Positions 57,287-64,000 of a DNA stretch of 64,000 nucleotides are shown here, in pieces. The DNA is taken from assembly GCF_026168935.1 (NCBI RefSeq), contig NZ_JAPFDK010000007.1; one strand, written 5' to 3'. The notes under the pieces are model-generated. The model was given only the letters and a program-made list of their open reading frames with translations, did not search any database and was not told where the DNA came from. Made by a program: the position numbers and the translations under genes. The DNA comes from Slackia sp. GTDB taxonomy: Bacteria > Actinomycetota > Coriobacteriia > Coriobacteriales > Eggerthellaceae. Position 1 is the first letter of the stretch, and each line of letters starts with the position of its first letter.

Positions 57287-59680
57287 ATGGCTCAAGGGGC
57301 GTATGTTCTGGCGTTCGACACCGCAAACGAAGTGGTTGCCGTCGGCATCGGCCGCGTTGGCGCGCTGGGAGAGACTGGGCGCGCGGCGGTAAAGAGACCT
57401 TGCTTGCAAAGCGATATCGTCGCCGTAAGGGAAGTTGCTGCGCATAGGGCGAGCAACACCGTTCTTCTGCGAGAGGTCGACGCTGCTTTGGCTGAGTCGA
57501 GCGTTTCGAAAGATGAAATCGCAGCGGTGGTGTGCGGGCGCGGCCCGGGAAGCTTTACCGGCGTGCGCATCTGCATGGCAACGGCGAAGGGCATGGCGTC
57601 GGCGCTCGAAGTGCCGCTTCTGGGCGTATCGACACTTGACGCTGTGGCTTGGAATGCATGGGCAGACGGGGTTCGCGGCCGAGTTTTGGTTGTGGCCGAT
57701 GCTATGCGCAAGGAGGTCTATCCCGTTCTTTTCGATATCGACGACAAGGGCGTCGTGCGCCTGACCGCCGACACGGTGGTCAAGGCTGCAGACGCGCCCG
57801 CGTGGGTAGCGGAGGCGTTGCGGACCCTTGGCGAGGGCGACGTGCAGGCGGTCGATGCGATTCTGGGCGACGCCCTCGTGAAGTATGCAGGCGTCTTCGA
57901 GCCGCTGGGAAGCCTTGCGGATGAGTCGTTGTGGGCAGTAAGCGGCCGCGGCTTGCTTCTTGCCGATCGGATGGGGGGCGATCCCGCCACTTTGCTTCCC
58001 GTGTACACGCGCCTCTCCGATGCCGAGGAGAACGAGCGAATTCGCCTGGCGAAAGAAGATGGCGACAAGAATCTTCGAACGGGGGTCCAGCTATTTGAGG
58101 GTTCACAGGATGCGCGTCCCCTTTCGTATCGTCCCCTGGATGCGGCTCATGCGGCGGCTGTGGCCGCGCTTGAATCCGTTGTCATGGGAAGCGACGCCTG
58201 GAAAGCTGCTCTTGTCGCAGACGAGCTGCCTCGCAAAGACCGCACATGGTGGGCTGCGTTTGACGGCGCCACACTTGTGGGCTATTGCGGCGGATGGGTC
58301 GTGGATGGCCAGGTGCAGATTCTCAAGATAGCTACCGATCCGACATATCGCCGTCGAGGCATTGCCGCCGAGCTTCTTTCCCTGGTCGCTTCTGATGCGC
58401 GCAATCTTGGCGCAGCCGAGATGACCCTGGAAGTTCGCGCGTCAAACGTTGGCGCTCAAACGTTCTACGAACGCATGGGGCTGCGCAATGTCGGAACGCG
58501 TCCTCGTTATTACAGCGACAGGGAAGATGCGGTCATCATGACGGGGCCTTTGCCCGAGGCCCGTCGCGATGTCGCAGGCATGCGTCTGCATGTGGATGAT
58601 GTCGCCAAAACGCCGGCGGAGGCATCAGGAGGATATTGCTCCCATCCCTTGATTTTGGCCATAGAGAGCTCGTGCGATGAGACCGCTGCTTCCGTCGTCG
58701 ACGGCGACGGCGTTTTGCGTTCGGACGTGGTGGCTTCCCAGATCGACTTTCACGCGCGTTTCGGCGGCGTGGTTCCCGAAATTGCGAGCCGCAAGCACAT
58801 TGAGGCCATCTGCGGCGTATGCGACGAGTGCCTTGATTCGGCCGCGCGCAGCCTTGGTGCAAGCCGCCTTCGCTGGCGCGACCTCGATGCTGTTGCGGTT
58901 ACGTATGCTCCCGGCCTCGTAGGGGCTCTCGTGGTAGGCGTTGCGTTTGCGAAGGGCGCCGCATGGGGCGCTGATATTCCGCTTATCGCGGTGAACCACC
59001 TCGAAGGCCATTTGTACGCGAACAAGATTGCGACGCCCGATATTCAGCCTCCCATGGTGGTGTCGCTCGTGTCGGGCGGTCACACCATGCTGGTGCATGT
59101 GAAGGATTGGGGCGATTACGTTACCATGGGGTCCACGATCGACGATGCGGTGGGAGAGGCGTTCGACAAGGTGGCCAAGGCTCTTGGCCTGGGCTATCCG
59201 GGCGGTCCCATCATCAGCAAGCTTGCCGCGAAGGGCGATCCCAAAGCGATTGACTTTCCGCGTGCGCTCATGCATTCGGGCGATCTGCGTTTTAGTCTGT
59301 CGGGGCTGAAAACCGCGGTGACCACCTATATCCAGAAAGAGCAGCAGGCTGGCCGCGAGCTCAACATGCCTGACATTGCCGCAAGTTTCCAGCAGGCCGT
59401 GGTGGATGTGCAGGTGAAAAAAGCCATGGTCGCGCTTGACGAAACGGGCGCGAGGGAATTCTGCGTGGGCGGCGGCGTATCTGCCAATCCCGGGCTTCGC
59501 GCCGCGTACGAGAAGGCGTGCGAGAAACGCGGTGTGCGCCTGTCCATGCCGCCGCTTTCGGCTTGCGGAGACCAGGCGGCAATGATTGCGCTCGTGGCGC
59601 ACGATCGCTACAAGCAGGGCAAGTTCGAAGATTGGTCTCTCGACGTAAAGGCGCACGCTCCGCTCGACGAGGCTTACTAG
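57287..59680 (+). CDS. tsaD: TsaB - RimI - TsaD triple fusion (t6A biosynthesis plus ribosomal-protein alanine acetyltransferase)
   Basis: A single uninterrupted 797-codon ORF with SD ggagga. Residues 1-250 are TsaB-like (YVLAFDTANEVVAVGIG, GRGPGSFTGVRI, LLPVYTRLSDAE). Residues 278-420 are a RimI GNAT (ILKIATDPTYRRRGIAAELL...FYERMGL). Residues 453-797 are TsaD (ILAIESSCDETAASVV, GVVPEIASRKHIE, GGVSAN). Confidence 0.85.
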   Translation: MAQGAYVLAFDTANEVVAVGIGRVGALGETGRAAVKRPCLQSDIVAVREVAAHRASNTVLLREVDAALAESSVSKDEIAAVVCGRGPGSFTGVRICMATAKGMASALEVPLLGVSTLDAVAWNAWADGVRGRVLVVADAMRKEVYPVLFDIDDKGVVRLTADTVVKAADAPAWVAEALRTLGEGDVQAVDAILGDALVKYAGVFEPLGSLADESLWAVSGRGLLLADRMGGDPATLLPVYTRLSDAEENERIRLAKEDGDKNLRTGVQLFEGSQDARPLSYRPLDAAHAAAVAALESVVMGSDAWKAALVADELPRKDRTWWAAFDGATLVGYCGGWVVDGQVQILKIATDPTYRRRGIAAELLSLVASDARNLGAAEMTLEVRASNVGAQTFYERMGLRNVGTRPRYYSDREDAVIMTGPLPEARRDVAGMRLHVDDVAKTPAEASGGYCSHPLILAIESSCDETAASVVDGDGVLRSDVVASQIDFHARFGGVVPEIASRKHIEAICGVCDECLDSAARSLGASRLRWRDLDAVAVTYAPGLVGALVVGVAFAKGAAWGADIPLIAVNHLEGHLYANKIATPDIQPPMVVSLVSGGHTMLVHVKDWGDYVTMGSTIDDAVGEAFDKVAKALGLGYPGGPIISKLAAKGDPKAIDFPRALMHSGDLRFSLSGLKTAVTTYIQKEQQAGRELNMPDIAASFQQAVVDVQVKKAMVALDETGAREFCVGGGVSANPGLRAAYEKACEKRGVRLSMPPLSACGDQAAMIALVAHDRYKQGKFEDWSLDVKAHAPLDEAY

Positions 59681-59706
59681 TTGCGTCGGCCTGTCGGCCG
59701 ACGCAA
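59681..59706. terminator. Hairpin immediately after the tsaD stop
   Basis: TTGCGTCGGCC-TGTC-GGCCGACGCAA, a perfect 11-bp stem. Confidence 0.6.
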
Positions 59707-59905
59707 CGGAGTCGTCCGGCTGCGGACGGACGGGGCGGCGCATTCGGCGCTCCAGGCGGGTCTTACGTACCGAAGTACGCTACGCCTCGCCTTCACGCTG
59801 ACTGCATCCGCCCCGCCCGCCCTCGCCTGCGCTTCGGTGACCTGAAGGGATTTGCTTCTCAGACCCTTCCAACCCAGGGTGCGCACGAGGCCTTCTGCGC
59901 CCTTT

Positions 59906-61570
59906 TTACAGCAATCTAAATGCCAGGCTGTTCGCAGCTTTTTGCTGCGCCTGCAAAGGAAACCCTTTGAATTCCGTGTAGTAGCCAAGTGCGTGGTCCT
60001 GGCTTGGCTCGAGGCCTCCCGTATCGGCGGGACGCACTCCGTCGCCAATGCGGACGAAGTTGCTCGGCTGCCACGACCAGCTGCCCGTCTCTTCGCCGTT
60101 TTCGTCCGTGTCGGGCGTGTACCTTGCTCCGCTTTCTATCTGATAGAACATCACATCGAGCGGGCTTTTTACCTTGCATGTGCAATCGGCCAGGGAAAGA
60201 AGCGTCCTGAGTCCTTTCGGCGTGCAGTCCTTGGCGGTAAACCAGTCGCGCAAAAGCGAGAGAAGCGAATTCAGCAGCACAATCTCTGCGAGCGTGTAAT
60301 CGTTGGATGCTCGCAGCCCGCGCTTGTCTATTTCGATGGAACTGCTGCGTTCCAGAAGCGCTGCGGCATATTCCACATTGCTTTCGCCAAGGGACGCATG
60401 GGGGTCGAGGTTGATGGTTCCGCCGTGGGACATCAGGTAGTTGTGCGTTTTGCTCAAGAGTCCGTACGCCGCGCTGGCCGAAAGGCGTTCCTGTTCAGAG
60501 CGCTGAAGGGCGGGTTCGGGCATTTCGCTGGGCTCTCCCTGCTCGATGTCGAAGTCGAGTTCGCCGTTGCGCGCCGTGAGCGTGACGGATGCTACGGGAT
60601 GTGTATTTGCCAGAGCGCGCCAGAGTGCGCCGAAGAATACGTCGTTGATTTGCTGGTTGATGGAGCGTGCTCCATAGTGGGCCTCAAGGGCGTTTTTCAC
60701 CAGCATATCTTCGGCTGCGGTATCGATGGAAAAGCGCGCGCCCGCAGGAAGCATGCGGGCGTATCCGTTCTGCTTGTTGCGCCTGACAATCTCGCGTAGC
60801 GCATCTTCGTTCAGGGCTGCAAGGAAGCGCACCGTGGAAAGGCGTCCCGCCATTTCGCGCGGCATGCCCCATGCTTCGACGTCTTCCAAAGAGACGCGTG
60901 CACGCAAGCCGTCTTCCGAGAGGTCGTTCTCGGAAGGGGCACTTTCTGCGGCGGAACTGAACCCGACGACCGAGCGCGAAATGCCGATACGCGACGCGAT
61001 GATGTCTTCGATGCCGGTGAACGCGCCTGCCATCACAAAGATACAGCGGTCGCAGTCGAGCGCATAGGGCGTTCCGTTGTGGGAGTCGTCCGAGCCTTCG
61101 AGGATGCCGCCTTCAAGCGGTTTGAGCAGGTCGTAGATGGCTGTGCCTTCGCGGCTGGTGTGGGCCTGGGCGAACAGCTTGTCCACCTCGTCTACGAAGA
61201 TGAGGATGTTACGATCGGGGTTTTCGTCGAGTGCCGCGCATGCCCTGACCCACTGCTTGCCGAACGAGTCGCCTATATAGCCGGCGGCTGACATGCTGTT
61301 CGCGTCTATCTGCTGGAAGAGCAGGCCCGATGCTTTCGCAAATGTCTTGAGCAAGTGCGATTTGCCCGAAGCCGTCGGCCCCACGATCAGCGCCGAGCCG
61401 ACGTTGGGAAGCGAAAGGGAGTCGACGCCTTGCTCATGGATGATACGCGAGCGTGCGCATGCCGCGTCGACGAACGTGCACAGCCAGTCGACTGCTTCGT
61501 CTTGGCCGACGACGGTCTTTTTCACCTCGGCCGCAATTTCGGCGAGGCTCTTGTCGTTTCCTCCGTACAT
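59906..61570 (-). CDS. ClpX-like AAA+ ATPase lacking the zinc-binding N-domain, with an unrecognised C-terminal domain of about 200 aa
   Basis: The start is set at the ATG at 61570 (SD aaggaagggg, 6-nt spacer), against the track start at 61669. Motifs present are Walker A GPTASGKS, pore loop AAGYIGDS, Walker B ILIFVDEVDK, FVMAGAFTGIEDII, VGF at the IGF-loop position, and sensor-2 GARSI. Confidence 0.8.
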   Translation of the reverse strand: MYGGNDKSLAEIAAEVKKTVVGQDEAVDWLCTFVDAACARSRIIHEQGVDSLSLPNVGSALIVGPTASGKSHLLKTFAKASGLLFQQIDANSMSAAGYIGDSFGKQWVRACAALDENPDRNILIFVDEVDKLFAQAHTSREGTAIYDLLKPLEGGILEGSDDSHNGTPYALDCDRCIFVMAGAFTGIEDIIASRIGISRSVVGFSSAAESAPSENDLSEDGLRARVSLEDVEAWGMPREMAGRLSTVRFLAALNEDALREIVRRNKQNGYARMLPAGARFSIDTAAEDMLVKNALEAHYGARSINQQINDVFFGALWRALANTHPVASVTLTARNGELDFDIEQGEPSEMPEPALQRSEQERLSASAAYGLLSKTHNYLMSHGGTINLDPHASLGESNVEYAAALLERSSSIEIDKRGLRASNDYTLAEIVLLNSLLSLLRDWFTAKDCTPKGLRTLLSLADCTCKVKSPLDVMFYQIESGARYTPDTDENGEETGSWSWQPSNFVRIGDGVRPADTGGLEPSQDHALGYYTEFKGFPLQAQQKAANSLAFRLL

Positions 61571-61623
61571 GCGCAACCCCTTCCTTGCGTGCAGGATTTT
61601 CGTCTGGTCAATCGTAACACTTG

Positions 61624-61632
61624 TGTTATAAT
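61624..61632 (+). promoter_or_regulatory. Candidate extended -10 promoter element (TGTTATAAT) for the MFS gene
   Basis: TGnTATAAT matches at 61624-61632 in the divergent intergenic region, about 205 nt upstream of the ATG at 61837. The -35 is weak (TGGTCA). Confidence 0.3.
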
Positions 61633-61836
61633 CCCGCTGCTCGTCGTTCGGGCGAGCTTTTGTCTCCATCGTTGAAAGGATTTATGCAGGTGCATCCGTT
61701 TTTTCTGTAATAAATAGCTTTCGCGCATAGCGCTTTTGCTGCGGCAGGGCTGTCGCATGCTTTGCGTTTCTTGCATCGGCGGATCTTCAGCCGTAATTCT
61801 GCATACCTGCATTCTTTCAACATAAGGAGAACTTCC

Positions 61837-63117
61837 ATGGGCTTTTCTTCCCAACTTTTTCCGGACGCTTCTAACGAATCGCGCTTGAGCGCTTCAGGGC
61901 GCCCTCTTTCCAAAAACTGGCTTGCAATTATCGCGTTCATTTGGGCTGGTCAGGCCGTTTCCATATTCACAAGCTATGCGGCAAGCTTTGCTGCCGTGTG
62001 GTACGTCACCGAAACAACGGGCAGTGCTATTCTGCTTTCCATAATGAGTATTTGCGCGTATTTGCCACAGGGTATTCTTGCACCTTATGGCGGCGTGATT
62101 GCTGATCGATACAACCGCAAGGCGGTCATCATCGTGGCCGATATGGCGGTGGGGCTGGTGTCGCTTGCGCTTGGCGTACTCGTTCTGCTCGGCGACGTGA
62201 GCATTGCGGCGATTATGTTCATGGTAATCGCGCGCAGCATTGGTCAGGCGTTTCACGGTCCTGCCATGATGGCGGCCATGCCTATGCTCGTGCCCGAAAA
62301 GCATCTCTTGCGCATCAATACGCTCGACATGATGCTCATGAGCGTGGCGGGCATCGTGTCGCCCGCGCTCGGTATCATGCTCTATGAAGGCATCGGTTTT
62401 CATGCGGTCATGTTCCTCGATTTCGCCGGTGCCGTGTTAGCCTGCCTCGCACTGGTCAGGGCGAGCATTCCTTCCATCCATAAAGAGAAGGCTGCATGCG
62501 AGGAGCGCCATCCGCTGGCCGAGATGAAAGAGGGCTGGGATGCCCTGCGTGACAACCGCGGCCTGTTTTTGCTGATTGTGCTGATTACGCTCGGCATGGT
62601 GAGCTTTGGACCTATGGGCTCGCTCTATCCGCTGATGACGTATGACCACTTTAGCGGCGACGGCTTCATGGCGGCAGTGGCCGAGGCCACGTTTGCGGGC
62701 GGTCTGTTCGTCGGGTCGCTTATCATCATGGCGTGGGGCGGCGGCAAGCGTCTGGCGCTGCTGTTGGCCGTATCGTGTGTGGCATTTGGCGTGCTGGCAG
62801 CTGCATCGGGCCTGTTGGCGCCTTCGATGTTTTGGGTGTTCGCCGTGCTGTGCGTGCTTATGGGCATGGTGTGCGCCTGGTTCAACGGACCTACGGTCAC
62901 GTTGGTTCAGCGTAATGTGTCCGAAGAGAAGATGGGTCGCGCGCTCGGCTTCGTTACGGCGGCTATGGGGCTGGCCACGCCCATCGGCATTGCCATCGGC
63001 GGCGTTGCGGCCGAGGCCATTGGCGTGGCGGCATTCTTCGTGGTCGACGGCGTTATCTGCGCGATCATTGGCGTGGTGCTCTATCTTCCGAAAAGCGTTC
63101 GCGCGCTCGACGAGTAG
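61837..63117 (+). CDS. MFS transporter (macrolide-efflux/EntS-like MFS_3 type)
   Basis: About 12 TM, with the motif GGVIADRYNRK after TM2. The ATG at 61837 has SD aaggaga. The track ORF begins at 61762. Confidence 0.82.
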   Translation: MGFSSQLFPDASNESRLSASGRPLSKNWLAIIAFIWAGQAVSIFTSYAASFAAVWYVTETTGSAILLSIMSICAYLPQGILAPYGGVIADRYNRKAVIIVADMAVGLVSLALGVLVLLGDVSIAAIMFMVIARSIGQAFHGPAMMAAMPMLVPEKHLLRINTLDMMLMSVAGIVSPALGIMLYEGIGFHAVMFLDFAGAVLACLALVRASIPSIHKEKAACEERHPLAEMKEGWDALRDNRGLFLLIVLITLGMVSFGPMGSLYPLMTYDHFSGDGFMAAVAEATFAGGLFVGSLIIMAWGGGKRLALLLAVSCVAFGVLAAASGLLAPSMFWVFAVLCVLMGMVCAWFNGPTVTLVQRNVSEEKMGRALGFVTAAMGLATPIGIAIGGVAAEAIGVAAFFVVDGVICAIIGVVLYLPKSVRALDE

Positions 63118-63637
63118 AAGCGTCCGAGGCGTGCGCGTTTCTTGCTGCTCAAGCACGAGAGGTCGATATGAGGCCGTTCTTATGGGTCGCAGCCATCGCT
63201 GCGACCCCTGAAGGCCTTGAAATTGGCAACTTTTTTCGGTTTCTTGAGGAGGCGGTATTCGTTGCGCGGGTGTCGCCCTCATAATCCCAGGTCGTAATCT
63301 ACCTGCAGTCTTGAGAGCCGTTCGCATCTTCCCCCCCAACAGGTTCTTTTTGACTATTTTTAGGGGCTTGGCGTCAAGAAAACGAAAATAATATCCAAAT
63401 CAGTCCCGAAGTAGGGTCGACGTGCCTGCGTCGGGCCGTTTTTCTGCATAGCGTCCATCGGATTGATGGCGGGGCATAGGCGGGCAATGCCGTCGATCCG
63501 TGCGCGCGAACGTTGCGCCTTGTGCCGTCCTGCTTCTGCGCCTTGCTGTTGGCTTCGAGTTTCCCGGCATGCTAAGATGCCGTCGTATCTGGCAAGTTGG
63601 GCCGCTGATGCGTTTATGCTTGTGAGAGGCGGAAAAG

Positions 63638-64000
63638 TTGGACGAATTGGTCGTATGGTTTACCGAGCGAATCATTGCCAGCGGCGGCGTTGTGCCGGCG
63701 TTCATCGATTATTTTGCAGTTGTCGTAGGTGTGATCACGGGTGCCATGTTCGCATGCGACCGTAAGCTCGATATTGTCGGCACGGTTGTATGCGGTCTGT
63801 TCACGGCATATGGCGGCGGCGTATTGCGCGATTTTCTTTTGCAGGATGAAGGCGTGTACTTCATGTCGCATCCGTACCTGTTTCTGCTCTGCGTTTTTCT
63901 GTGCGCGTTTGTCTTCTATTTCCGAGGTCTTTTCCGTCACCTTCCCTCGACGATCTTTTTGTGCGACACCCTTTCGGTCGCGCTTTATGCGGTTGCGGGT
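63638..64000 (+). CDS. TRIC/UPF0126-family (YadS/YicG-like) membrane channel protein, 5-prime partial, runs off the window
   Basis: This is my own translation, because the ORF is open at the window end and absent from the track. It reads MDELVVWFTERIIASGGVVPAFIDYFAVVVGVITGAMFACDRKLDIVGTVVCGLFTAYGGGVLRDFLL..., with the family GGGxxRD motif. The TTG start at 63638 is preceded by gagagg. Confidence 0.65.
   Translation, partial: MDELVVWFTERIIASGGVVPAFIDYFAVVVGVITGAMFACDRKLDIVGTVVCGLFTAYGGGVLRDFLLQDEGVYFMSHPYLFLLCVFLCAFVFYFRGLFRHLPSTIFLCDTLSVALYAVAG

Noticed and set aside
63171-63290. 38-codon plus-strand ORF (MRPFLWVAAIAATPEGLEIGNFFRFLEEAVFVARVSPS) and the minus-strand frame ITTWDYEGDTRATNT..., considered as a small gene or toxin remnant.
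   Set aside because: There is no SD and no recognisable family. The minus-strand frame is preceded by a stop and has no start codon until near its end. I treat it as non-coding until a BLASTX says otherwise.

Overview
High-GC window, roughly 60% by eye, densely coding and with no frame-breaking problems. The gene content points to an Actinomycetota genome of the Coriobacteriia/Eggerthellaceae type. This placement is an inference from three things: a polytopic-membrane LuxR regulator divergent from a Tat-exported flavoprotein reductase, an NrfD/DmsC-type remnant, and an fhs-fchA-folD block. About 52 protein genes and one tRNA-Leu(CAA) can be supported. I saw no rRNA, CRISPR array, transposase, integrase or prophage gene, so this looks like core chromosome rather than an accessory island.

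Gene order, left to right:
- MerR regulator plus MFS pump, with a perfect operator palindrome between them
- small alarmone synthetase
- Cys-rich DUF2797-like gene translationally coupled to a FeoA-FeoB fusion
- MacB-type ABC ATPase, a 1175-aa double-FtsX permease with a very long coiled coil, and a TPR-like membrane protein
- argB, rarD, a short LysR gene, ilvBN
- envelope block: NodB deacetylase and two LCP paralogs
- hpt-ftsH-folP/folK-birA
- MATE, then an ABC importer with no binding protein
- GNAT/MFS, a two-component system, LuxR, then the divergent flavoprotein reductase
- fhs-fchA-folD
- pstSCAB-phoU-phoPR
- xpt-pbuX, pepV, tRNA-Leu, bioY
- a deletion scar (truncated NrfD-like gene abutting a LuxR HTH remnant)
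- a single 797-codon TsaB-RimI-TsaD fusion ORF
- an orphan ClpX-like AAA+ ATPase with an unrecognised C-terminal domain
- an MFS gene and a partial TRIC/UPF0126 channel gene

I found no convincing new multi-gene system. The items most worth a second look are the ClpX-like ATPase, the triple t6A fusion, the LuxR/flavoprotein locus, the giant coiled-coil ABC permease operon, the DUF2797-like-feoAB coupling, the reductase-operon scar, and a 48-bp imperfect inverted repeat in a 513-bp gene-free gap.

The ORF track writes M for TTG and GTG starts. Several track ORFs are over-extended at the N-terminus, and I re-set those starts using Shine-Dalgarno context. The many long antisense ORFs are treated as high-GC artefacts.
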